Source of the DNA: Bispira polyomma
Taxonomy: Eukaryota
Direction of reading: 5' to 3'
Assembly: GCA_965649765.1 (NCBI GenBank)
Contig: OZ287754.1
Location: 65,720,001-65,784,000, forward strand
DNA length: 64,000 nucleotides
Under the pieces are notes generated by a model. It made no database searches and had not been told where the DNA came from. It worked only from the letters and a program-made list of their open reading frames with translations. Shown here piece after piece: positions 1 to 13,005 of this stretch. Within the stretch, counting starts at the first letter, position 1. Each line of letters begins with the position of its first letter. The translations under genes were made by a program, and so were the position numbers.

Positions 1-29
1 AGTGACTCAGTCTGACGTCATCTGACATG

Positions 30-280
30 CACTGGATTTCAGTGCTGAGATACTTAGCTACATGCTGGGGGTAATTAGAAGCTGAGGCATGATTCACTGT
101 AGTTTTACTATATTGAAACTGGTCATAATCAAGGGAAAGGGGGAAGCCATATTCCAAGTATTCACAAACCACATTAAAGTCGTAATCCTTAAGGTAGGAA
201 CGCCAAGCCTTTATGTTTAACTGTGAGGGGACTGATATTCTGGCCCCCCTATAGTTAGGCCATTGTTCTACTTGGGCGAG
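30..280 (-). pseudogene. N-terminal fragment of DIRS-type reverse transcriptase
   Basis: Manual translation gives PNYRGARISVPSQLNIKAW, YGFPL and NHASA..P.HV..YL..EI, typical of the DIRS/Ngaro pre-RT region. Confidence 0.7.
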
Positions 281-1265
281 GGCATGAGCTTGTTTAACCC
301 AGCTAACCATGTCCGTGTCACTCAACTTCCGGGCTTCAGTTCTGTGAGATAAATATTGCACAGGCCTACTTGGTACAAAGCCCCTCAGCCACTTACCCAA
401 GGTTTCTCCCGAGTTAATTGTGACCCCACAGTCTTTCATTGAATGGGCGAATTGGGTGTGGCTCATACCTTCAGCAAACCTTAATTGGCTAACACTCGTG
501 CCAAACTGCCCTTGCAATATAGCTGAGCTAACATTAACTGATTCTTGGGACAATTCAACACTAGAGAAACTTAAACTTCCCCCTAACTGACCTTGTGACC
601 AAGTATAATCACTATTGTCATCATCAGAAGTTGACACGTTGGTTATTTTAGCACCTATACCCGCAGAGTAATGACTCTGGCAGGTGACCTCGTCGGTCAT
701 TGACATCTCACTTAAACTATGTGGTGTACTAATACTACCACTACTACGTCTGCTAATACTTGAAGGACCATAGTCCTTAACCTGGTGTATGTTACTATCA
801 TTAAGCCCCACACTTGTTGGGGTGTATTGTTTATATGTATTACTATTAATTTCGTCTTGTGCATTATATACCAACATTTCTGCTTCATTTATCTCGATTT
901 CTCCCATGTGGTAATCTCTACTACTACTATAATTAGTACTGTTACTGTCCATACTGTTCTTTATAACGCACTCGACTACTACTTCACCACTACTATCAAT
1001 GTTATCAACAATACCTTCAGTATCATGGTTGTTAAAAAGATGCAACCTTTGCGCTTGTGATTTGCTTCCCTCCACAATTGGGTGTCCCTGTGTTAACCAG
1101 AAGTGGTCCTTACTACACCATTTACAGTTACACCTGCCTAAATGCTTATTTTCCGAGAAACTGCTGTATAAAATACCTTTGGTGTCGAATTTGTTTACTA
1201 ATACTGTAGTGTTACAGCTGACAGGGACCACCCATTGAATACTTGGAGAGAACCAACTCATCTGA

Positions 1266-2489
1266 TCAAACTCGCTGTTCAGCCTTGTCCTCAGTCGTGG
1301 TACCCTTACTTGTCTCCTTCTGCTTCCTGTTACACTTGGTTTCCGGGTGGTCATAGTTTTTCCTGACTACTCGGTAACAATAGCCACAGGAGTGCTTCTG
1401 CAAACAACCTCCTTCATAGTGGTCAGGTTCGAATTTGCAACGGCCCTTGGCAAATTTGGCACACACATTTATTTTTCCCGAAACGTCTTTGTTACTGTTG
1501 TAGTCCTCATGGCCTCCCAGCCCCCCAGCGCTAGAACTTGCCTTAAGGGCTCTCTGTGTAAACCTCTGCCTTACACGGTCGATTTCTACAGGGTCCTCCC
1601 AGGACACCATGCCTCTTTCCATTTCTGACAAAATGGACGCGTGAGCCCGTTTGGCAGTAGGCCACGATAGATCCACCGCATCCAGCATCAGATTATACTG
1701 ATACTTCAGCATATTCTGCTTCACTGCTTCATTGGTCTCCAGCTGCACACAACGGGCAAAACCCTGCACCCACTGGTATATAGAAAGCTCTTCATAGGTA
1801 GGCATTTTTAAAGTGTCTGAAAGCATACAATGCTCATGTGGCCATGTTACAGGTACTTTTACTCGCTGATCCTCCAATCGATAACGTCCCGACTTTAACT
1901 TAGAAGGTAGCAGACCTGTAATTTCGTCCCTTGAAAAGTCCTGATACTGACGCAGTCTTCTCTCGACTTCCTCCTGGATCGCTGAATCTGTTCTGAGGAA
2001 CTCCATGGTGGGTAGTCTGTCAGTAGGGCGAGCCGACTCGGTGGAATCTTGGCGAACGGAGGTCCTGCATTTTGGCGAGCTGTGAGCCGACGGCACCGGC
2101 TCCAGCAACAAGGCAGAGTCTCTCACCCGCTCCTAGGCATCTAGCCGCTCTTCTATCTCAGTGAACCTGTCTATCATTCTATCCAGCTTGGTCACAACGT
2201 CGACGTTTGACGTCTTCCGTTTAGCGCGTTTCTTGGGGGCCTTACCTCTCACGTCTGTCTGGGATTGAGACTCGTCCACCGTTGCTAGTGATACCTCTGC
2301 AGCTTCTGGCCTCTGTGTAGAAGTGGAAAGAAGTCCTGGAGTCTGCACCTGTTCACCTTCTGATGACGAGGAGCGATCCATAGCTCTCTTTTTCCTACAC
2401 AAATTACCCAGAGGAGGGTTATGCACAGAATGACAAGCTGAACACCGCTCCTTGCGTTTACTCCTGGTGTTGTAAGATTTAGGTGGCAT
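1266..2489 (-). pseudogene. gag-like ORF1 with one in-frame stop (TAG 2133-2135)
   Basis: ORFs 2133-2549 and 1266-2126 are in the same frame; likely start MPPKSYNTRS at 2489. N-terminal CSACHSVHNPPLGNLC motif, central YEELSIYQWVQGF motif, C-terminal CAKFAKGRCKFEPDH...HSCGYC zinc-finger-like motifs. Confidence 0.75.
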
Positions 2490-3149
2490 TTCCAGACAAT
2501 AATCAACCACTAATATCACATATAACACATATACACCACTTTGTTGCACAACTACACACGTAACAAGATAAAATTACTAAAACGTTAAAAGTAGTAAATG
2601 TATTATGTTTTTTAGTTTAAAATCCCCACAGAGCTTTTCGTGTGTTCTCTTCAAAAGCCTTTCCAAGAATGAGGGTTTTTAGACACTAGTGCACAAGCTT
2701 GGGCATTTTGGCGGGAAACCCAAGTTGGCACTTGAATTATGATTAAATGCTAAATGTTTTGACACTAGGTGAGAGGCTGAAATCTGACGCTGGCATTCCA
2801 TAATGCACGCTTTCACTATAAAGTAGAAATAAAGCAAAACTTGTGGGGTCATATAATGACATTGCAACACATCATACCACTAATTTGCTGATCCTACAGA
2901 GATACCCTAGCAATTATAATGGCAAGCCTAGTTCTATTTTAAAATAGAAACTTCAATATTAAAAGTTTACATACATGACATTCTACATGACCACTATTTT
3001 ATCTTGAACTAAAAGTTAAATATGACCAGTGCATATATTTCTTCATTTAGGTTTCCTGCATGCTCACCATATATTACAAATTTGTAATCCAACAGTTATG
3101 ACATTCATGATATTTTATGAATTTTACGCAGATGCATACCCACAACAAA

Positions 3150-4199
3150 CAGGCCTGGAGCGAGTACAACTACTTGGTACTTGTACTTTAGTACAAGTTT
3201 TTGAGTACTTCTACTTGCCAGAAAAATAAAGTACTTGCCAAGTACTTTCCAAGTACACCCAAATACAATATTATTCATGTTATATTACGCTTTAAATGAG
3301 AGATTTTAAATCTGCAAATATATCTATGGCAAATGTATTATATCATGAAAACCTTTTCTGATATGGTTTTACTATTGCATGTACATAAGTTGTTAGTTTT
3401 TCTTTAAATATTTCTGAAAAAGAAATTACTCGTCACCCTTTTTACATTGATAATTGTTTATGACTTCTTATAATTTCATGTTTTATGCTTTAACTAGAGC
3501 ATAAACAAAAAGGGTGTAATGCTTTAATCAGTCTTTTTGACTTTCTTTAATATTAGTGGAAGATTAACAGTTATAATTATAACTAAAACACATCAGAAGA
3601 GTACCTATTTATTTAACTTTAAATCTGCTAAAACATTTAAAGGTAATAATTTATTAAATGATAAGTAACTATCATTGGACAAGTTTGTTAACTAGCCCCT
3701 ATTCATAATGTTAAGATTGTAGCCAAGACAGGTAAACATTAACTTCTGTAGGTTCAACTGAAAGAAAATAATCTCTTGTGCAAATAAACTGAGGACATGA
3801 TTAGCAGCCAACAATAAGAGGATTATCTTCTTGAATACTTTGTAAGCTAGTTGTATGGACAGCTTTAATAATGAAAATAATAACATAATCTATACAAGAC
3901 CAAACATGACTAGAAATAAAACAATGTGCTCTGTGATACATGTATTTATAAAGACCTTCTCTAATGTAAAATAGATGCTTTGGAAATGATACTGTGTAAA
4001 AGTCTGTCTATACTTGTAACCTCTGGTGTACATTTAATTGTATCTCATTCCTTCGTATTATATTTTTCGCACTTAAACAATATCATACTTTGTTATATGC
4101 AAAAACAATTGTACATGTACTTGTGTTCTGAAAGAAGTACTTGTACTTGCAGTTAGTCAAAGGACTTGTACTTGGCAACTTGTACTCGACCCTGGGCTG
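3150..4199. mobile_element. non-autonomous DNA transposon (hAT-like MITE)
   Basis: Imperfect TIRs CAGGCCTGGAGCGAGTACAA / TTGTACTCGACCCTGGGCTG (16/20 match) and subterminal GTACTT repeats at both ends. Confidence 0.6.
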
Positions 4200-4489
4200 A
4201 GGGTGTAACGATTGTCTGTGAGTATCAGATTTATCAGTTTAAAAAGGGGTGAAATAATCAGTGATTTACTAAGAGTAAGATGCCTTAAATCGCAATCCGA
4301 GCCGTGGACACATAAAATAACAATAAGGTCTCAATTTTAGTGACTATATTCTGTTTTTATATTATTATAAGATTTTGAATTATCGCTCACACAAACCGGA
4401 AGCCTCGTCAAACGCGAGATTTATAGCGTATGTATGGTATGTTGTAAAACTGAGGAGTTCCCCCGGGAGGTAAAACACCTGTTTCACAT

Positions 4490-4800
4490 AAATTGTCCAG
4501 AGTTGTGGAAGATGACTAAAATTACCTTAAATCACTTAAATTACTGAGCTTGGGGGATGGCTGTAAAATCACCTTAAATCACCTAAATTGCCCAGAGTTC
4601 TTGGAGGTAGCTGTAAAATCAACAAGGATTCTGGGAGATGACTATAACATCGTACATAGTTCTAGGAGATAGTTGTAAAATCACCTAGAGGTCAGGGGGA
4701 TGGCTGTAAAATTGTCCAGAAGTGTGGGAGTGGACTGTAAACTTTATCAGGGTTCTGGGATGTGCCATAAAAATTGCCCAAAGGTCTGGAAGTTGGGTTT
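4490..4800. repeat. degenerate ~30-40 bp minisatellite
   Basis: Repeated ggctgtaaaatcacc...cccagagttctggg units; related short copies near 19370-19430 and 20900-20960. Confidence 0.55.
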
Positions 4801-5129
4801 GTAGGACATCATAACATATCAAATTTATTCTATTTCAGGAAGTGTTTTTCATTTATATACAATCAACGTGATGACCCCCACCCCCAGGGTGTATATTATA
4901 TTTTCTAATCAAAATATTATAGTGATTATGATCGCAATTTGAGCTGCACTGTAATCCTCATATCGTGAAGTGTATCAGATCGCATTCTAGCCGTATTATT
5001 ACACTCTTACCAGAAGCCTGATGACAATATGTCAATGTCTTCATCAGTTAACATAAAAATACAGTAATCTGGCACATTTTATCTATGAGATGCCCCTCAA
5101 CGTCTGTAGAGTCAGTCTTGTATAGCACA

Positions 5130-5610
5130 TTACTGGCTGTTTACTATGTGGAGGGTTCACTATACTGGTTCACTATACTGGGTGTTTCTTTAGGAAAGTA
5201 ATATCTTAACACAATACTGCAGATGTCATCATCCCATTTGTTTGGCTGTCCACTATATGGAGGTTACCAGGCATATCTGCCTGGTATGGCCAATTGTACA
5301 TCAACTGTGGATTATGGATATAGTTCTCCCCTTTGTTTGGCTATCCACTACATGGAGTTTACTGGGTGTATCAGTCTGGTATAGGCAATTGCTATATTGA
5401 CACAGTACTTCAGATGTCATCCTCGCCATTGTTTGGCTGTTCACTGTGTGGAGGTTAGGTTACTGGGCCCATAAGATGTCCAACAGTAGGGGTTATTGGG
5501 TACAGTAGTCTGGTATAGACCATTGCTATATCATACAGTACTATCGATGTCATGGTCCCCTCTGTCTGGCTATCCACTGTGTGCAGGTTACTGAGCATGT
5601 CTGGCATCTT
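5130..5610. repeat. degenerate ~90-bp tandem repeat
   Basis: Recurrent tttggct(g/a)tccacta(t/c)atggaggttactggg...ctggtat unit, about five times. Confidence 0.55.
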
Positions 5611-5962
5611 AACTTACAAAATCTCTGGCACATGCTGAAAAGTGACAGTTATGACAAGATATTTTGTAAACTCCAAAAAACTGGTACCGTTACTTATAAC
5701 ATTAGATTACAATATATGAACCGTTCAGATTGGTGTCTGGACTGTGCCATCCACAGTTATTTGTGCCAATTCTTTGGCAAGAATAAAATACCTGATTTTG
5801 TATTCAATGAAAAAGAATCATATATCTGTACAGAATCTTGTACAATGGAATCTTGTTTCATGAACTTTCGTCTTGTTAGGTCGAATTTTAATAGGGACCA
5901 TAATAATTTGTTGTTCTCTTACCAAACAGGGTTAATTTTAAATAGACCAATAGAAATGGGAC

Positions 5963-6787
5963 TGTTACATATGGGGACATTGTGGTGTGTTGAAGAAAAA
6001 CCGGTCTAGTTAGTACTAATGGTCTTACACTCTGCTGGAGTGATCTATTTATAGATTTGGGGAAACCCCTAAGATTCTAGAAACCAGTTCTATTTTATTT
6101 CTGAAGGTTATTAAAGTTGTATTCATATGTATATCTCATCTCTGGAATGTCCTAGCGATTGCTTACACATTCTAGCAACCTTCTCTAGCAGTGGTATATA
6201 TAAGGGTTGACAGCCTGGCCACAGGAGAGAGTTAATTGAGCTGAGGTGCTATATGAATGCTATATGAACTACTATACTGTGGATATAAACTGTTTGTTAT
6301 ATACATTTTGTGGTGAACTCATTGGAGTGAACTAGACAAAAGTTGTGGATCTACCAGAGATTGGATTTACTGCATATTGGATATTGTTTGCATCCTGGAC
6401 TGGATAGCTTAGTTGTGCAGACTCTCTGGATATATACATTTTGTGTGCGTGGACACTGAACAGATAACAGGATACAGGCATTGTGTGGACATTGAGCGGA
6501 TCTCAAGACAGATTGCTGGATACAGTGGACAAACTGGTTTAATTGTTATTTGAGTGGACAGGACTGTGGTCAGGTCAGATTGATTTCATTATTGTATTAT
6601 TGTGTCAGCTATTAAGGGTATCTCAGTTGACTGTAATTTTGTAATTGTATACGTTTGTAATTCTGTAATTCTGTAATTGTTGTTTTATTTGTTAAATAAA
6701 TTTGTTAAGTGAAACTTTTTGTCTTTTTCTGTTACAACCTCAAAGCAACCAGTAATTGCTACCGTGCTTGCTCTCGTCACCGTAACA
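5963..6787 (+). mobile_element. solo LTR (Gypsy or BEL/Pao type), 825 bp
   Basis: Termini TGTTAC...GTAACA; 5-bp TSD GGGAC (5958-5962 and 6788-6792); TATA-like tatatataag ~6195; AATAAA ~6695. A neighbouring duplicate of the target (~6823-6965) is uninterrupted (aatgggaccttaaaa). Confidence 0.9.
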
Positions 6788-7516
6788 GGGACCTTAAAAT
6801 AATTTTCACTTGACTGGTAAAATAGAATCTTGTACAATGGAACCTTGTTTCATGAACTTTCATCTTGTTAGGTCGAATTTTGAAAGGGAACATAATAATA
6901 CCAAACAGGGTAAATTTTAAATAGACCAATAGAAATGGGACCTTAAAATAACTTTTACCTGACTAGTATTTTCACTTTTCAGAATTCTAATTAAAGGGGT
7001 TTGACTGTATATCTAAACCATGTGGAGACAAGAAATAAGTAATTGTTTTTTCTCATTATTTGGCGTATTTGCCACAAAGTATTTTTTAGTATTTTGTAAT
7101 TAAATATTAGCTACTGTGTAACAAGGAAAACGACTGCACATGGCCTTGACATTATATGATGGTCTAGTGATGACATTTTGTGTCTCAAAGCTCTTTGAAA
7201 TATCTACATAAGAAAAATATCTAGCGAGGCAGAATATAATGTCCAACAAATACGGCTCATGATACAAGTTTTCGGTGCAATGGGGTTTTCAACGTGTGAC
7301 CGTAATGTCATATGATGGATTAAAATACCAAAAAATCACTGTAGCAAGTATTTAAACAACCAAAATTTGGTTTGAGATGTTTTACAACATTCTGAGCTAT
7401 AATGCATAAAAACAGATATATCTTGTTATATTGTGTCATTATTTTATGCTACTATGGTGCATATTTAACTTTGGCGCAAATCACAGTTAGCAAAACTGGA
7501 AGTTTACATGTCAAAT

Positions 7517-7770
7517 GGGGCCGTGGTGGCCTAGTGGTTAGCAAGCATTGCGCTTCACAATCACTGGTCTCTTACCTCTGGGTGGTGTGAGTTCAAATCC
7601 TGTTGATGCCTATGTGGGAAAGGTGGTAGTTCCTTACTGTGGGCCGCTGGTTTCAGTGCAGAACCTTGACCGACTGTATGCAGTGTTTCCTTCAGCGTTT
7701 CCAACTACCCGTCCCAATATAACCTACTAAAAGGAACTAGAGTGGACGTTAAATATTCAAATTCAAAACT
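7517..7770 (+). mobile_element. tRNA-derived SINE, family A copy 1
   Basis: A box TGGCCTAGTGG, B box GTTCAAATC, tail gtggacgttaaatattcaaattcaaa; near-identical to 32303-32557 and 59320-59578. Confidence 0.9.
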
Positions 7771-8328
7771 CAAGTCATGGTCAAAACAATTGTTCATATT
7801 TACTGTTTAATTTAAAATTCATCATTGTTTTGTTGAGTCAACAACAGCAATGTTGACACACTTTGACTGAACAGACACTATATATCAGTGCACATACAGT
7901 ATACCAGTACAAAAACTGAGGTCATATCACAACATTGCCTGTTTAAGAGGGAGAGATGGATCACTTGTCAGATTTGAGATAAAAAGCTCTGGTTATACAC
8001 ATATACCAGAGGAAGTGGGAATGTGTGTTGTATTGTATTCACCATCATATATTGTGTAGTTTAAAATATGCTAAAATAGTGTTTCTGACTATCTGCTTTA
8101 TAAAGAGACAATTCTAGTCTTACACAGGCTATTCATACTGGCTTATTAAGACACTTTCACACATGTTTAGAACACAAAAATGTGACATCTCCCTAACTAA
8201 ATTTTTGTACTTGTACACGGGCGGTCACAACAGTGGGCGGGTCATAATGGCATTATTAAAGAACTTACTGACAGAAATTAATATTGAAAACACATGTTAC
8301 TCTATGCCTATGAATTAAATTACGCTGT

Positions 8329-9021
8329 GACTTGAACCACAATGCCGTGGTTATAAAATTTACTTTAGAGTCACGGCACTGCAAATAAATATAATAAAAT
8401 AAGTTTTGGGAGTTATGTGAAGTACAAAAGGTCTCAAACAGTTAAATATCCTAATATGGAAGTTGGTAATTCTGGGTGTTCTCCACGATGATAGATTGCC
8501 TAGTTTACATAAAACTAGCGAGTTGATGTCAGCGAGTTCTGGTGGCAGCGACTCGCACGTAATTCGTCAATGAGCAGTTCACGAAAACTGGTAAGACATC
8601 ATCAACCCCGTCCTTATTAACATAATATATGTAGGACGCAAGTGACTTCAATTTTATTAATAAATACCCTTGCAAATAGACACTGACGAGGACATATCGT
8701 CACTTTATTTAAAAGATATATATATACGCTGACCAGTTATTGCTCCATTAAACAATATTTAAATGAGCAGTTCACGGAAACTGACGGAAGTGGCTTTATT
8801 TTATTAAATAGATATATATATATACTGTATATAGTGTAGTATTTACCGCCTCACTGACGAAATATTTAACATTATATTTGTATATCTTTAATAAATTAAC
8901 CCAAAACTATATACCATTATATTGATTTATTTGCGGTGCCGTGACTCAATGTTTTTTGTGTTAACTCACGACATCGTTACTCGAAAGTAAATTTTATAAC
9001 AACGACATTGTGGTTCGAGTT
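8329..9021. mobile_element. inverted-repeat-bounded non-autonomous element
   Basis: gaaccacaatgccgtggttataaaatttacttt...gagtcacggcactgcaaataaat (~8335-8391) is inverted at ~8925-9017; internal direct repeat aatgagcagttcacg. Confidence 0.55.
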
Positions 9022-9170
9022 TACAAACACAAGCGATACGTTTTGGGAGGAATATCAAATTATAAACAGAACATGCATTTATTTACTGTAAAGCTTAAAA
9101 GATGTCACAAGATATGTTTATTCAAAGTGGCTTGGGTATGGTGATTTACCATACTCCAGAAAAAATACTA

Positions 9171-9397
9171 CAGTACTGGTCAGCCAGTGAATTTCTCTGG
9201 CCAGTGACTTTCACCACTTGACGATTTTTGACACTATATGGCAGTAATTTCGTGATTTGGAATTCAAAAAGCAATAGTTTATGTATAATACAACATTTTA
9301 CACTCATTCAATTCCAGAAAAACGGGTTATAAACTGTTTTATTTCGGGTGGCGAAATTCGCTAGTGGGTGGCGAAATTCACTGGCTGACCAGTACGG
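9171..9397. mobile_element. MITE, ~227 bp
   Basis: TIRs C(A/C)GTACTGGTCAGCCAGTGAATTTC / GAAATTCACTGGCTGACCAGTACGG. Confidence 0.75.
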
Positions 9398-9957
9398 ATA
9401 TTGATTTTGTTGTATCAATATCATAGTGTAAATGCTGAAGTGCGGTAAAAAAAAAAACTTCCTTGTGCTCTCTGCGATGACAATCATAACCATATTGCGG
9501 GAATTAACTGACCAAAACGTATTTAGTAATAGATATATCTGGCCAGTAATTGATTTACTTCATAATATTTAAATGAACATTTTCATACAAGGGCACATAT
9601 ACCTTGCATTTATTTTACAGACAAATGTTGACATAATAGCCACTTCATTTTATAGCTATAAAATAATGCAGATTTAAAGAAATATTATCTTACATTTTTA
9701 CTGCATCTAATATGTACACATATTTGCTTTAATAAATATCTTATTTAATTTTTACTACATAGAAAACCATGTGAACCTGTGATAATTAAAGAAATTCAAA
9801 GCCAACCGTACTGTAGTCTATTTGCTAGGATACGGACAACCGCACTCTTGAATATTTACTAGAGTACAGTTTTCCGTACCGCAGCCACAGCGATGTTTAT
9901 TTGCTTATAAAAAAACAATAACACGAAAACCTGCAATACGACCATATGTCCTTTATA

Positions 9958-10574
9958 CAGGGGGGACAGCGATTCGCTCGAAATTCACGGAAATTTGACA
10001 AATCTGAGCAAAAGGAAATAATGTTAAGGCAATTCAATGGTAATTTGTGGAGGTCGTCTCATTGCATACAAATCTCACTCGTATTCAGATACATTAAGGT
10101 ACTTCTGATGAATTTTAACCACAAGTTAGAAACCAAAGTCACTAGTTTAATATTGATTAAACAGTGGACAGCATTTCGCCATTTTCAAACAATAGTGAAT
10201 ATTTAGATTAAAAATTACCTATAGGTTTTTTTAACAATAATATTTTTGTTTTGAAATAGTTTATGTAAATGATACATAATATGAGAAACATAAAAGAAAT
10301 CGCAATACAGCTCAATAGCCAATTATTAGTACTGTCTTATCATCAACCTCAAATTTTGGGCAGTACCCCTGTGTTGGTACTTTATATTCATTTAAAATTT
10401 ATTTGGGCAACAATAATCTATGTATTTGTGGTGTAGGCATGTGTATATTATATGGATATTATAATGCCAAAATAATTCCTTTAAAATGAATTTGATACAT
10501 TAATTAGGTGTCATAACCATATTTATGGCGAAATGCTGTCCACCACAAATTGCTGCCCCTCCCCCTTCCCCCTG
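9958..10574. mobile_element. Tc1/mariner-type MITE
   Basis: TA|CAGGGGG...CCCCCTG|TA termini; internal inverted tggacagcatttcgccat / atggcgaaatgctgtcca; right half repeated at ~18644-18750. Confidence 0.6.
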
Positions 10575-12644
10575 TATCCCATGCACCAACCATACACACA
10601 GGGGTACTGTATAGAGAGTATTTGGTCTTACCTTTGCATAAATCAAAATATTGCATCAAAATATAGCGTATCCAACAGTTTCTCTACCTAAAATACCTTT
10701 CAACACACATGCATGGAACACAAGCTCATTTTAAGTACCCAAACTAATACAGTACATAAACAACAGGGGCTCACACACACAAATCTACATGAGGTACAAG
10801 GAATAACAGGAAGTTAACCAAAGACAAGCATATCCTAGAAAAAAGAAAGAGCTGTTTTTCGAGGTGACTCCCGAACTGTAGTGTCAGATCTGCTGCATAC
10901 CAATCAAATTTACTGTTCTGTTAAAACAAAGAGATCAACACACAGGGAGCAGCTGTTTTATTTACAGGCAAAACTACATACACATATTAAATAAAAAGGA
11001 TGACTGTTCTATTAAATCAGTGATATAGTGCAAAAAACATATCTGAATTATTGTTAACGTCTGAACATTGCAGCCCTTAATTCACTTTATTGATTGGTAA
11101 GGTATACAAACCTGCCAGTATACTTTGTATACCAGTGCTGCAGTTTAAGTTTACTTATCATAAAATTATCTTGTAAAAGATACAGGGTTACTAAACACAC
11201 AGTAGTCAGCCTTCCCTACATAGCTGTGGGAAGCATTTTTACAGAGAAAATCTTCTGTAGGGCCCAAGATTTAATTTAGCATAAATGTAAATAAACTATA
11301 TTCTCCAAAAATTTAGTAAAATAAAGAACAGATCTGCTAAGAACAGATCTCTATGAAGGAATACATACAAAGTTATAAGAGCATAACATTTTCAAGTGTG
11401 ATTTCATGCAACTATAATTCAAGCTCATTTTTCTAAAAACATCTGAATCCTTACACATGGCTAACAGTTCTCTCAAATGATGACAAAAAGCTCCATACAT
11501 AAGGCAGTTATTCATGCCAATGTAGTATTTATCTTCACACAAAGGAGTGCAGCGATTTTCAAACACAATGGGATATAAAAAAAAGAAACAGAATTTTTTA
11601 GTGTGATTACTTATAGTGTCAATTATATCCACGAATTATAATGCCATTTTTGCGTCAGAATTTATTATGCCAGCATATTTAATTCACCTAAGTGTGAGGC
11701 TTGGTGAGTGAGTGAAGAGTTTGGAATGGGGGCACACATGCATGTTACAAAGGGAGTTTTAGTAAAATTAGTTTTAAATCACTACATAATAAGTGAAAAT
11801 AAGCAACCTATTTTTGCGTCCTCTCTTTTACTGAGGAGCAAGAAAATTACTATTTCGTAATTTAAATGTAGGTTTCTATATTATGGTTACAACCTGTATT
11901 AAATATCTGATTAAATGGAACTGGTGAAAGCAAGGGTCCTACAATGTTTTTCTAGTGGGAGGAGTTTTAATCTGATATGGTACTAGTGCACAGCTTTAAA
12001 TATGTGTGGTGGGAGGCACGTTACACATTCTCCCCCTATCCTTTTTACTCCCTGCCAGTTAAACTGTTTTAAATTTACTCTGGTAAAATATACATGTGTC
12101 CTGAAACCAAAAAAAAAAAAAGAATGTCAAGGTGGAGTAAAATGTTACCCAGAGAAAAACATGCCAAAAAAAAAATACACATGCAGAGATGTATTCAATT
12201 TTGTACTTAGAACACAAGTTTCATTTGTTTGCCAGATAAATGCCATGTAAATTACACTTTGTGAATAGGAGAGGAGTTACTGTTGGTGGTGCATTAGGCT
12301 GGTTGAAGCTAAAAATGTTTTTTAAAATATTAATAGGGGCACAATGTAAAATGTTTTAAGATTTAACAAATGTTTGAGGAATATGTAAAGATCAAAATAT
12401 GAGATAATAAGTTCTAATTTTTTTGTATTCTGTTTTTTTTTATATATCCTGATATCCCTTCCTGGTTAGGAATATTTGTGAATTAAGCTTAGAAACCGTT
12501 ATAAGAAGGATTTCTGTTGGGCTTTATTGTGGGGAGTCTGTGGTAGAGCTTAGATATCGTCAGTTTCAAAGCTATTAGTAGAGAAAGTTATTTCCCATTT
12601 CTGAACTTTATTCATACAACAAATACACTAACATAACAGAAAAA

Positions 12645-13005
12645 AATCCAGTGTTAAAGCACTGTCAACCACGGACCTGCAGCAAGTATTTGACAAACTT
12701 TTTAATATGAAGCAACAAAAGGGATTTAAACCCTGTGCATGCTATATTTAACCATATTAAAGTGTGTACTCTATATAGTGTAACATTTAGTTTCAAGTTT
12801 TACTTGGGTTTTACATTGCTTTGATCGAGCAGCTTAGGTTATACTACAACAAGCAGAATCAATAGTGGAACAAAACCAGTGTTGAAACATTGTCAACCAC
12901 CCACCTGCAGAAGTATTTGACAAACTTTCCATATAAATGAACAAAAAGGATTCAAACCCTCCATTCATGCAATATTTAACCATGTAAACCATAGAGTGTA
13001 ACATG
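12645..13005. repeat. diverged direct duplication (~130-bp unit, two copies)
   Basis: ccagtgtt...tgtcaaccac...cctgcag(c)aagtatttgacaaacttt...atatttaaccat occurs at ~12648 and ~12876. Confidence 0.65.

Larger units (their letters stand above)
1..2549 (-). mobile_element. DIRS/Ngaro-type tyrosine-recombinase retrotransposon, 5' part (gag plus start of pol); may continue past the left window edge
   Basis: Gag-like ORFs at 1266-2549, and a DIRS-type RT N-terminus translated by hand at ~30-280 (WPNYRGARISVPSQLNIKAWRSYLKDY...LEYGFPL...NHASASNYPQHVAKYLSTEI). Zinc motifs are shared with the element at 21860-24930. Confidence 0.8.

Noticed and set aside
5581-6009. 142-aa ORF
   Set aside because: It spans unrelated repeat fragments and the LTR boundary, with no recognisable motif.
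7517-7610. Genuine tRNA genes at 7517, 32303 and 59320
   Set aside because: Each continues into a shared ~160-bp non-tRNA body with a tail, two have TSDs, and none has a proper acceptor stem; they are SINEs.
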